The translations under genes were made by a program, and so were the position numbers. DNA of 64,000 bases from Caryophanon sp. (lineage in GTDB: Bacteria > Bacillota > Bacilli > Bacillales_A > Planococcaceae), in contig JAXJTE010000106.1 of NCBI GenBank assembly GCA_036309765.1, positions 27,703 through 91,702 on the forward strand. The letters are read 5' to 3'. Under the pieces are notes generated by a model. The model made no database searches. It was not told the DNA's origin and worked only from the letters and a program-made list of their open reading frames with translations. The stretch's first letter is position 1. Every line of letters begins with the position of its first letter. Below, piece after piece: positions 47,078 through 56,284 of this stretch.

Positions 47078-48256
47078 ATGGAATTTTCACGAAAACTTCA
47101 ACAACTACCTGATCAATTTTTCGCTGCGCTCGTGCAAAAGGTGAATGCAGCACTGTCTGAAGGGCGCGATATTATTAATTTAGGGCAAGGCAATCCTGAT
47201 CAGCCGACACCTCAGCACATTATTGCCGCACTGCAACAAGCTGCCGAAAATCCACAAACGCATAAATATTCACCGTTTCGTGGCATCGAGGAGCTTCGCA
47301 TCGCCGCAGCAGACTTCTACAAAAACACATACAATGTCGATATCGACCCACAAACAGAAGTGGCGATTTTAGGCGGCACGAAAATCGGCTTAGTCGAGCT
47401 TCCAATGGCGCTACTAAACGAAGGTGACGTTATGCTGCTACCAGACCCAGGCTACCCTGATTATTTATCGGGCGTCGTGCTTGCTGGTGCCGAAATGAAA
47501 ACGATGCCGCTCACTGCGGACAATGACTTTTTACCAGACTATACGCAGCTTGATGCTGACACGCTTGAGCAAGTAAAACTGATGTACTTAAACTACCCGA
47601 ACAATCCGACTGGTGCAACGGCGACGCTTAAATTTTTTGAAGAAACCGTAGCACTTGCGAAAAAGCATAACATCGCCATTTCACACGACTTTGCGTACGG
47701 TGCAATCGGCTTTGACGGCAAGCGACCAGTAAGCTTCCTGCAAGCAGAGGGCGCAAAGGACGTCGGTGTTGAAATGTACACGCTATCGAAGTCGTTTAAC
47801 ATGGCAGGCTGGCGCATCGGCTTTGCGGTTGGCAACAAAGACATCATCGCAGCGATTAACTTAATTCAAGACCACCTGTTTTGCAGTATTTTCCCTGCCA
47901 TTCAGCACGCAGGAGTTGCCGCATTAACGCAAGAACTACACGAGCTTGATGAACTGAGTGACATGTATGAGCGCCGTCGCAACGTGCTCGTTGAAGAAGC
48001 ACATCGCATCGGCTGGAACATTACGGCACCGACTGGCTCATTTTTCGCGTGGCTGCGCGTTCCCAAAGGCTATACGAGTGCCCAATTTGCGGATGCCTTG
48101 CTTGATGAATGTGACGTAGCAGTCGCTTCAGGTAACGGCTTTGGTGAATACGGCGAAGGCTACGTGCGCGTCGGCTTACTCGTTTCAGAAGAGCGCTTAC
48201 GTGAATTTATCGCACGCGTCGAAGCAAAAAACTTATTGCACGCTGCGGTGAAATAA
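47078..48256 (+). CDS. Class I/II pyridoxal-phosphate aminotransferase (MtnE/YkrV-like)
   Basis: NYPNNPTG and LSKSFNMAGWRIGF (PLP lysine) motifs. Start at MEFSRKLQQLPDQFF after AGAGGAAAA (the ORF track starts 20 codons earlier). Confidence 0.85.
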   Translation: MEFSRKLQQLPDQFFAALVQKVNAALSEGRDIINLGQGNPDQPTPQHIIAALQQAAENPQTHKYSPFRGIEELRIAAADFYKNTYNVDIDPQTEVAILGGTKIGLVELPMALLNEGDVMLLPDPGYPDYLSGVVLAGAEMKTMPLTADNDFLPDYTQLDADTLEQVKLMYLNYPNNPTGATATLKFFEETVALAKKHNIAISHDFAYGAIGFDGKRPVSFLQAEGAKDVGVEMYTLSKSFNMAGWRIGFAVGNKDIIAAINLIQDHLFCSIFPAIQHAGVAALTQELHELDELSDMYERRRNVLVEEAHRIGWNITAPTGSFFAWLRVPKGYTSAQFADALLDECDVAVASGNGFGEYGEGYVRVGLLVSEERLREFIARVEAKNLLHAAVK

Positions 48257-48270
48257 ACAATAACGAATAC

Positions 48271-48316
48271 GAAAAGCTGTGCCAACGTTACATTCCCCGT
48301 TTAGCACAGCTTTTCA
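48271..48316. terminator. Bidirectional terminator
   Basis: AAAAGCTGTGCCAACGTTACATTCCCCGTTTAGCACAGCTTTT. Confidence 0.8.
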
Positions 48317-48320
48317 CTTT

Positions 48321-49262
48321 TTATGCACGCTCTTGCCGCTTCATTAGCACACGATGAAACTGCGAGGCGAGTATTTGTTGAAACAGCATGCCAAACACGA
48401 CCGGCATGACAACCTTCCCCGGAAAATACGTCGTTGCAAGCACGACACCAGCGGAAATATTTCGCATCCCACCAGTAAACACGAACGTCACGACGAGCTC
48501 CTCATCTTTCCATACGAGCTTCCCTACTACGTAACAAATGACGTAGCCAGACAGCGCAAGGAAAAACACAACAGCAATAATTTTCGCTAGCTCCCACGTA
48601 ATATTTTCGACATACGGCGCAATCGCACTACTATTAATCATAACAATTAAAAATAAACTCATTTTCGAAAACGGCGCAAACGTCGCAGCCATCGTTTTAC
48701 TAACGCGCGCGTCTGTCCATTCGTTGACAAGCACACCAGCAATCGAAGGAATCACGATCATCCAAAGTAAATCGACCATCATCGGCCAAATATCGACGTG
48801 AATCGTATCGCCTGCCACAATATGCACAAGCCCTGGCATGACGAGCGGCGACAGCACCGTATCAATTAAAATAATCGACAAGCAAAGCGCTAAATTACCG
48901 CGTGTTACGGCCGCCCAAATGAAACTTGTCACGCCTGTCGGTACAGCGACCGCAAGCACGAAGCCAATCGTATACAGCGGATCGTTAAATAATAGCTCGG
49001 CGATGAAGTACGCCCAAAGCGGCATCGCAATATGTAAAAACGCAATCGTTACGATAATGATAACGCTGTAGCGACGAAAGCTTTTGAACGCAGACAAGTT
49101 CATCGTTAAACTGCCCGCAAACGTCATAAACGCAAATAGCCACGGCACTAAAAATAGCAGCGGAATCATCCATTCATCAAGTAGCACACCGATTACTAAA
49201 CTAAGCGGTGTAAAAATCGGCATCATTTTTTGAAGCCATTGATTGATGCGAGAAATCATCAA
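48321..49262 (-). CDS. Bile acid:sodium symporter (BASS/SBF) family transporter
   Basis: 313 aa with about 9-10 TM segments. Family call from the overall pattern (PLVMPGL, VPSIAGVLVNEW). Confidence 0.65.
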   Translation of the reverse strand: MMISRINQWLQKMMPIFTPLSLVIGVLLDEWMIPLLFLVPWLFAFMTFAGSLTMNLSAFKSFRRYSVIIIVTIAFLHIAMPLWAYFIAELLFNDPLYTIGFVLAVAVPTGVTSFIWAAVTRGNLALCLSIILIDTVLSPLVMPGLVHIVAGDTIHVDIWPMMVDLLWMIVIPSIAGVLVNEWTDARVSKTMAATFAPFSKMSLFLIVMINSSAIAPYVENITWELAKIIAVVFFLALSGYVICYVVGKLVWKDEELVVTFVFTGGMRNISAGVVLATTYFPGKVVMPVVFGMLFQQILASQFHRVLMKRQERA

Positions 49263-49367
49263 AACACCTCATTTTCTGCCCTTTATTATACACCTTTTTG
49301 GATAGTTCTTTGCATGCACTTGTAGGAAGTCATTGTATTTTTTACAATAGTTGAAGGAGGTGTTCCG

Positions 49368-50060
49368 ATGTTCAATTTGTACTTGTTTACACTTTACTGC
49401 GCCATTGCTATCGCGGTGACGTTTTTAGAATATATTTTATACCACTTCGGCTATCGCAACCGCCTCATTATCGCAGTGAAGCAAGTTGTAGAAGTGCCGT
49501 ATACGCTCGTGCATGAATTTTCGCATGCGATCGTCGCGCTCATTACATCGGGGCGCATTAAAAAAATTACATTACACCACAATTTAAGCGGGAGTGTCGT
49601 CAGCACATCGTCAAAAAAGTTTTCACGCATTTTAACGACGCTCGCTGGCTATACGCTACCGTGCTACATTTCATTTTTATTCATTTGGCTACTCCATTTT
49701 AATGCGGCGTTCGCACTATATGGCTACCTCATCATCGCCGTGTTTTCATTCGTCTTTATTCGCAATATGTACGGCTTTTTTTGGCTGCTCGGCTTCATTA
49801 CCTTGCTTGCGGTCACATTGTTGTACACACCTGCGTGGTTCATTTTGCACATGAGCTACTTTTTCATCTCGCTCTTGTTCGTCGCATCACTTTACGGCGG
49901 CTATCGTATTTTGCTGCTGGCGTGGCATGAACCGCGACTTTATCATGATGCGCACGTCCTAGCAAATGAAACGAAAATACCAGCACAAGTGTGGGGCATC
50001 GTCTTTTTCGTACACAATATCGTTATTAGTGGGAGTATTTTATATTATTTTATTTTGTAA
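49368..50060 (+). CDS. M50B-type membrane metallopeptidase family protein
   Basis: HEFSH (HExxH) within LVHEFSHAIVALITSGRIKKITL, followed by LAGYTLP and multiple TM helices. GAAGGAGG RBS. Confidence 0.7.
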   Translation: MFNLYLFTLYCAIAIAVTFLEYILYHFGYRNRLIIAVKQVVEVPYTLVHEFSHAIVALITSGRIKKITLHHNLSGSVVSTSSKKFSRILTTLAGYTLPCYISFLFIWLLHFNAAFALYGYLIIAVFSFVFIRNMYGFFWLLGFITLLAVTLLYTPAWFILHMSYFFISLLFVASLYGGYRILLLAWHEPRLYHDAHVLANETKIPAQVWGIVFFVHNIVISGSILYYFIL

Positions 50061-50282
50061 AAAAGCTGAAAATGAACTACTTTAATTTGCTTTTTCTATG
50101 AAATTCACATTTTTCATAGAAGGAGCATTTTTTTCGTGCAATAAAATGTCCTGCTACCCAATTTTATTTTTTTACGTTACAATCCGAAAGAACGAATTAG
50201 TCTTTTAGGCTTAAATTAACGTTTTATATTATCATCAAAAAGGTATTTTATGCGTAACAAACAATCAAGAGGAGAGATTTTT

Positions 50283-51299
50283 ATGATTAAACAAACATCA
50301 AGCCTGCAAAAACGCTTTTTCTATATATTAGTCGCAGTCATCCTATTATTAACGATTTCAATTGGCTTCGTCGTGTATATGACGATCAACAACGTCGTGC
50401 AAAACACCATTTCTGAAAATAATAAAATGACCGCCGAGCATATCGTAGCACAGCTCGACGCCAAAAAGTATGAAACGCTCGCTACTACGTCAGACGAGCA
50501 GCTTTATACAGAACTTCAACAAGAACTAACAGCATTGCTTGATGCAAACAAAACGACGTATTTATACGTTGTCGCTCCCTCAACGGACGGCGCATTAAAC
50601 CGCGTGCTTGTCGATGCAGGTGATGTGACGAGCGAGGACACTTACGCATTCGGTGATGAGGCAGAAGGAGTAGACTTTGCCGCAATTAACACGCAATTAA
50701 ATGAAACAGGTCCTTATTCAGAGCTTGTCGAGGCTGAAGGGTGGGGGAATTTCTTATCAAATTACGTACCACTAAAAGATAGCTCAGGTAACACATTTGC
50801 GATTGTCGGTGTTGACGAGGAAGTATCATTCATCCAAACGATTCAAAGCGCATCTGTGGCGACGACATTACCACTCATTATCGGCATCATCATCGTCATG
50901 AGCTTATTAAGCATTAGCGCCATTTATTTATACGTAGCAAAATCGTTAAAGCCCGTCGAAAAAATGCACATTGCCGCAAACGAGCTAGAAGCAGGCACAA
51001 TCGAGCAAGCACTTCAAACTGCACATAGCATCGACACGTCAAACAACGACGACATTTCGACGTTCGCCAAAGATTTCACGTCTGCGATTGAGCATGTGCA
51101 TACGATGATTACCGATTTAACGACGATGGCACAAGGAATGAACGATGCGACGAACTCGTTAAATGGCACGTCCACTCAAGTAGACGAAGCACAGCGCCAG
51201 CTAAAAACGAGCGTACAAGGAATTAACGGTAGTATGGAACAACAACAACGTTTAGCAGAGGAATCATTCCAAGCGATGGAAGCGTTAGACGAAGTATGA
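50283..51299 (+). CDS. Methyl-accepting chemotaxis protein, N-terminal half (TM1 - extracytoplasmic sensor domain - TM2 - HAMP and the start of the coiled coil)
   Basis: TM helices at [22 protein letters not shown] and [23 protein letters not shown]. It ends in TGA overlapping the ATG of the next ORF (ATGA at 51296-51299). AGGAGAG RBS before 50283. Confidence 0.75.
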   Translation: MIKQTSSLQKRFFYILVAVILLLTISIGFVVYMTINNVVQNTISENNKMTAEHIVAQLDAKKYETLATTSDEQLYTELQQELTALLDANKTTYLYVVAPSTDGALNRVLVDAGDVTSEDTYAFGDEAEGVDFAAINTQLNETGPYSELVEAEGWGNFLSNYVPLKDSSGNTFAIVGVDEEVSFIQTIQSASVATTLPLIIGIIIVMSLLSISAIYLYVAKSLKPVEKMHIAANELEAGTIEQALQTAHSIDTSNNDDISTFAKDFTSAIEHVHTMITDLTTMAQGMNDATNSLNGTSTQVDEAQRQLKTSVQGINGSMEQQQRLAEESFQAMEALDEV

Positions 51300-52051
51300 C
51301 GAGCATTACACAATCGGTCGAGGAAGTAGTCGAAAGCTTACAGCAAGCCTCTTCATTAATCGAAAAAAATGCAGACGATGCCACGGCCGTATCAACGAAA
51401 GTAACGAAAGTCGCTTCATCGGTTGTTGAAACAGCGAATAACGTCAACGTTTTATCAGCACGCTACACATCAATTGAAGACATGATTACCGTCATTCAAA
51501 GCATTGCCGAACAAACGAACTTACTTGCATTAAACGCCGCAATCGAAGCAGCGCGTGCCGGTGAAGCTGGTAAAGGCTTCTCCATCGTTGCGGGCGAGGT
51601 GAAAAAGCTTGCAGAAATGACAAAATCATCAGCAGAGGACATTCGCACACATATTTTAGACTTTAAAGACGTCACGCAACAAGTATTAACGAGCATGGAG
51701 CATAGCACGAGCGAAGTAACAGAAAGTGCCGAACTCGTAACAGCTATTAGCGACAATTTACGCGACGTGCTACAAGCCGCGAAACATGTGCAATCACGCG
51801 TAAGTGAAGTAACAATCACGACCGAGGAAATGCAGCAAACGATGCAAGGTGTACACGGCGCATTACACGAATCAACAGTCGCGTCAACGCAAGTACTCGT
51901 AGAAACACAGCACGTCGTAAAAGCAGTCGATGTACAAGAAACGACCGTAACATCGCTTCAGCACACAGTGGATGATTTATCGTCATTCGTGCAAAACTTA
52001 GACGACATGACATCGAAATACGACTTAACGACAGTGAAGCCCGCTTCGTAA
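51296..52051 (+). CDS. Methyl-accepting chemotaxis protein, C-terminal signalling half
   Basis: Highly conserved MCP hairpin tip [32 protein letters not shown]. There is no TM or sensor domain of its own. Confidence 0.75.
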   Translation: MTSITQSVEEVVESLQQASSLIEKNADDATAVSTKVTKVASSVVETANNVNVLSARYTSIEDMITVIQSIAEQTNLLALNAAIEAARAGEAGKGFSIVAGEVKKLAEMTKSSAEDIRTHILDFKDVTQQVLTSMEHSTSEVTESAELVTAISDNLRDVLQAAKHVQSRVSEVTITTEEMQQTMQGVHGALHESTVASTQVLVETQHVVKAVDVQETTVTSLQHTVDDLSSFVQNLDDMTSKYDLTTVKPAS

Positions 52052-52523
52052 TCGGTGCAATCGTCGCCTTCGTTAAGCGCGCTAAGTCGTCCACCGCCAG
52101 CTGCATTTGCATACCGAGCTTCCCTGCACTGACGATCATGTGCGGCAATGATTGTGCCGATACATCAATAACAGTCGGGAAAAGCTTTTTCATGCCGATC
52201 GGTGAGCAGCCGCCACGCACGTAACCTGTCAGCCCGAGTAGCTCCTTCACCGGCAACATCTCAACTTTTTTCTCGCCAACGACTTTTGCCGCTAGCTTTA
52301 AATTTAACTCTGCTTGTACTGGAATGACGAACACGAAATATTTCGATGCGCCTGCTGTAGCAACGAGCGTTTTAAACACTTCGTCAGTACGATGCCCAAT
52401 TTTTTGTGCAACTGTTATGCCGTCCACATTGTCTGGGTCTACATCGTATTGAAATATGTCATGCGCGACTTTTTGTTGTTCTACAAGACGAATCGCGTTC
52501 GTTTTTTGTATCTTCTTTGCCAA
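51816..52523 (-). CDS. ybaK: Cys-tRNA(Pro)/Cys-tRNA(Cys) deacylase YbaK/EbsC family, with an about 75-codon unterminated tail
   Basis: The N-terminal ~158 aa are typical YbaK ([28 protein letters not shown]). The conserved domain ends near 52050. The frame then stays open to 51816, antisense to the MCP 3' end. Confidence 0.8.
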   Translation of the reverse strand: MAKKIQKTNAIRLVEQQKVAHDIFQYDVDPDNVDGITVAQKIGHRTDEVFKTLVATAGASKYFVFVIPVQAELNLKLAAKVVGEKKVEMLPVKELLGLTGYVRGGCSPIGMKKLFPTVIDVSAQSLPHMIVSAGKLGMQMQLAVDDLARLTKATIAPITKRASLSLSRISMSCRLSFARMTINHPLCAEAMLRSFLVHRLLLRRAVFLRVLALTRLLIRVMRRVHLASFAAFPRS

Positions 52524-52535
52524 TGTGACATCCCC

Positions 52536-53354
52536 TTACGCAATGAGTGATAGTTTCGATTCTAATGGATCACGGTAACCGTTTTTCACCATTGTCATAT
52601 GAGATTGATAGTTGTTCAGTGCTAATACTTTTTTACGCTCTGCTAGTACTTGCGAATAGTCTTTATCAAATGCTGTTTCCTTCGAGCCGTCTAGCTGCTG
52701 CTCGCGTGTGAAACGCTCTGGAACATTCACATTTGTAGAAGCGGTTACATAGTCAGGAATTTCTTCCGTTTCTTCCACTGCATCTTCTCGCATTACTTCC
52801 CCACGAAGCTGCTGAATTTGCGCTGAAGCATTTGCTGCTACACGTAAATCTTGTGCAGAAGGCTGTGCCGGTGCAAGTGCTGCTTGACGAACTTTCTCCA
52901 AAATCGTCAGCATCTCGTCTTTATCGTCCACTTGTGGCGCGTTAATTGGCACCTTGCCTGCTACTGCATATTGCTTATCGTCTGGTCCAGTCGTATATTC
53001 GTAGCTAACTGGTCCTGCTAATGAGCCACCTACTGCTTTATGTGCTTGCTCATGCGTGCGAATCTCCTTATCCGTCTGCATGAGCTGCTTAATTTCTTGC
53101 TGTACTTCTGGCTGCTTGAGCTGTTCTTCCTTCGATCTCGGTTTGTCCGTTACATCGCTATTCGTCTCTTTGTCGAGCTTTCCTGATAATAAGTCCTCTA
53201 ATGCTTTTAACGCATCGTTTCGCTTCTCTCCAAAATACTCCGCGCTTTTACGGTACGCTTGTCCTGCGTCTTTACGCCCTATTGCTTTGCGACGCTCCTC
53301 TAACGCTTGGGACTGTGATTGACGGTCTTGTATCATTAACGATGAAATTTTCAT
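52536..53354 (-). CDS. SprA-related / putative metalloprotease CJM1_0395-like family protein
   Basis: The IRTHEQAHKAVGGSLAGPVSYEYTTGPDDKQYAVAGKVPI block resembles the family signature (HEQAH...GG...Y.Y..GPDG..YA..G.V.I), recalled from memory. Confidence 0.5.
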   Translation of the reverse strand: MKISSLMIQDRQSQSQALEERRKAIGRKDAGQAYRKSAEYFGEKRNDALKALEDLLSGKLDKETNSDVTDKPRSKEEQLKQPEVQQEIKQLMQTDKEIRTHEQAHKAVGGSLAGPVSYEYTTGPDDKQYAVAGKVPINAPQVDDKDEMLTILEKVRQAALAPAQPSAQDLRVAANASAQIQQLRGEVMREDAVEETEEIPDYVTASTNVNVPERFTREQQLDGSKETAFDKDYSQVLAERKKVLALNNYQSHMTMVKNGYRDPLESKLSLIA

Positions 53355-53908
53355 ACAAATGTCCTCCTTTCCATTTTGGTCGCTATGTGTCCATTATTCT
53401 TCAAACTATTCTACCAAAAAGTATCTTCAGACTAAATGTGAAAAAATGATGAAATCGACAAAATTGTAAAAATAATTACAAAATACTAGGTAAAATTTAT
53501 AATTTCAAAATATGCCTTTACATAAGAATTTATGACTAAAATAATCATAAAAAATAAAAAATAGGATGAAACGGTGATTTATTACTCACTAATGAATATA
53601 CAAAAATAGTATTTTAGCACTTTATAAAGTAATATACATATTTGCTTCATCTTCATTTCAAATGAGTTCACGCAGTTCTCAATTTCCAATTCCATTTTTA
53701 TTGGCGCATACCTCTCGCAATGGATGGTGGTCACAATTAGGGTATTTATATCCTATTCCCTTTTATTTGGGGGTGAAACGAAAAGACGACGAATAAGCAT
53801 GTTCGCCTATGTCGCCGAACAAAATCATACATTATTTAAAGCGCAGAAATCTTTCTCATCAGCGACTGTGCTATATTAACAATAAGGATTGATGAAAGGA
53901 TGTATGTT

Positions 53909-56098
53909 ATGGCTAAAAGTGTAGTATTAGCAGAAAAACCTTCAGTTGCGCGCGACATTGCGAACGTGCTGAAGTGTACGAAAAAAGGAAATGGATTTTT
54001 AGAGGGCGATAAATATATCGTCACGTGGGCGCTTGGACATTTAGTGACACTTGCTGATCCAGAAAGCTACGATGAGAAGTATAAAAAGTGGAGCTTAGAA
54101 GATTTACCGATGCTGCCAGACCGCTTGAAGCTCACAACGATTAAGCAGACGAGCAAGCAGTACAACGCCGTAAAATCTCAGCTAACACGTAGCGACGTAA
54201 ACGAAATCATTATCGCAACGGATGCAGGTCGTGAAGGGGAGCTTGTTGCTCGCTGGATCATTGACCGTGCGAAAGTGAACAAACCAATTAAACGTTTATG
54301 GATTTCTTCTGTTACCGACAAAGCGATTAAAGAAGGATTCGCGAACTTAAAGCCTGGGCAAGCGTATGAAAATTTATACCACGCCGCAGTTGCCCGCAGT
54401 GAAGCAGACTGGTACATCGGCTTAAATGCGACACGTGCGTTATCGACGAAATTTAACGCGCAATTAAATACAGGTCGCGTTCAAACTCCTGTTGTCGCAA
54501 TGGTCGCAGCACGCGAGGACGAAATTAAAAACTTCAAAGCACAAACGTATTACGGCATTGAAGCAAAAACGGCTGACTTAAAATTAACGTGGCAAGATGC
54601 AAATGGCAATTCACGTAACTTCCAAAAAGAAAAAATCGATGCCATCGTCGCAACGCTTGGCAAACAAGACGCAACGATTATCGACGTCGAGCGCAAACCG
54701 AAGAAAACATTCTCACCAGGTCTTTACGACTTAACAGAATTACAGCGTGACGCAAACAAAATTTTCGGCTACTCAGCGAAAGAAACGCTCAACATTATGC
54801 AAAAGCTATATGAGTCGCACAAAGTATTAACATACCCGCGTACAGACTCACGCTTTTTATCTTCTGACATCGTTTCGACGATTCCAGAGCGCCTAAAAGC
54901 ATGTGCTGTTGGCGAGTACCGCTCACTAGCGAACAAAGTATTAACAAAGCCGATTAAAGCGAACAAGTCATTCGTTGACGATGCACGCGTATCAGATCAC
55001 CACGCGATTATCCCAACCGAAGAGTACGTGAACTTTGCGAACTTTAACGACAAAGAGCGCAAAATTTACGATTTAGTTGTGAAGCGTTTCTTAGCGGTGC
55101 TGTACCCTGCCCACGAGTTTGAGCAGCTAACGGTACAAGCAAAAATCGGCGACGAAAAATTCATCGCACGCGGCAAAACGGTCATTGCAGCAGGCTGGAA
55201 AGAAGTGTACGCGAACCGCTTCGACGACGAGGAATCAACGGATGATGTGAAGGAACAGCTATTGCCACGCCTTGAAAAAGGACAAACGTTGCGCGTCAGC
55301 TTAATCGCCCAAACATCAGGGCAAACGAAGCCACCTGCACGCTTTAACGAGGCAACGCTTTTATCAGCAATGGAAAACCCAACGAAATATATGGATACGC
55401 AAAACAAACAACTTGCCGAAACATTAAAATCAACAGGCGGCTTAGGAACGGTGGCAACACGTGCTGACATTATCGAAAAGCTATTCAACTCATTCTTAAT
55501 CGAAAAGCGTGGCAAAGACATTCACATTACGTCAAAAGGTCGTCAGCTGCTCGATTTAGTACCACAGGAGCTGAAATCACCAGAAACGACAGCACAATGG
55601 GAGCAAAAGCTAGAGCTTATCGCAAAAGGTAAGCTGAAAAAAGATGCATTCATCGGAGAAATGAAAGCGCACACGAAAAACATCGTGAACGACATTAAAA
55701 ACAACGACAAAAAATTCAAGCACGACAACATTTCAACGAAGTCATGCCCAGATTGCGGTAAGCCGATGCTTGAAGTGAACGGCAAAAAAGGCAAAATGCT
55801 CGTATGCCAAGACCGCGAATGTGGTCACCGTAAAAACGTAGCCCGCGTCACAAACGCACGCTGCCCACAATGTAAAAAGAAATTAGAATTACGTGGTGAA
55901 GGTGAAGGTCAAATTTTCGTTTGCTCATGTGGACACCGCGAAAAACTATCAGCATTCGAAGCGCGTCGCAAAAAAGAAGGCGGCGGTAAGGTTGATAAAC
56001 GCAGTGTGCAGAAGTTTATGAAGGAACAGCAGAAGGAAGCAGAGCCGATCAATAACCCGTTTGCGGATTTATTGAAAGGGTTTAATACGGAGAAATAA
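53909..56098 (+). CDS. topB: DNA topoisomerase III
   Basis: Toprim AEKPSVA and TDAGREGE. Active-site TYPRTDS. Two C-terminal zinc ribbons (CPDCG...CQDRECGH; CPQCKK...CSCGH). Start at MAKSVVLAEKP. Confidence 0.92.
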   Translation: MAKSVVLAEKPSVARDIANVLKCTKKGNGFLEGDKYIVTWALGHLVTLADPESYDEKYKKWSLEDLPMLPDRLKLTTIKQTSKQYNAVKSQLTRSDVNEIIIATDAGREGELVARWIIDRAKVNKPIKRLWISSVTDKAIKEGFANLKPGQAYENLYHAAVARSEADWYIGLNATRALSTKFNAQLNTGRVQTPVVAMVAAREDEIKNFKAQTYYGIEAKTADLKLTWQDANGNSRNFQKEKIDAIVATLGKQDATIIDVERKPKKTFSPGLYDLTELQRDANKIFGYSAKETLNIMQKLYESHKVLTYPRTDSRFLSSDIVSTIPERLKACAVGEYRSLANKVLTKPIKANKSFVDDARVSDHHAIIPTEEYVNFANFNDKERKIYDLVVKRFLAVLYPAHEFEQLTVQAKIGDEKFIARGKTVIAAGWKEVYANRFDDEESTDDVKEQLLPRLEKGQTLRVSLIAQTSGQTKPPARFNEATLLSAMENPTKYMDTQNKQLAETLKSTGGLGTVATRADIIEKLFNSFLIEKRGKDIHITSKGRQLLDLVPQELKSPETTAQWEQKLELIAKGKLKKDAFIGEMKAHTKNIVNDIKNNDKKFKHDNISTKSCPDCGKPMLEVNGKKGKMLVCQDRECGHRKNVARVTNARCPQCKKKLELRGEGEGQIFVCSCGHREKLSAFEARRKKEGGGKVDKRSVQKFMKEQQKEAEPINNPFADLLKGFNTEK

Positions 56099-56117
56099 AA
56101 ACAGCTTGAGACAAAAC

Positions 56118-56158
56118 AAAGCGTTATGGGAAAAATGAATTTTTCCCATAACGCTTTT
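56118..56158 (+). terminator. Rho-independent terminator after topB
   Basis: AAAGCGTTATGGGAAAAATGAATTTTTCCCATAACGCTTTT. Confidence 0.85.
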
Positions 56159-56284
56159 CTGCTTTTCGACTATAATTTGTTACCTGAACACTACGTCATC
56201 AAAATTCCAACATAATATTCATTCATTGAAAGCTTGAAATTCACTTCTGTTCCAAATCCCTCTTAATTGATATTAAAAACTTTC

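Noticed and set aside
53663-53800. 45-codon ORF in the sprA-like/topB spacer.
   Set aside because: It has no RBS and no recognisable motif, and the region is better explained as divergent promoter DNA.
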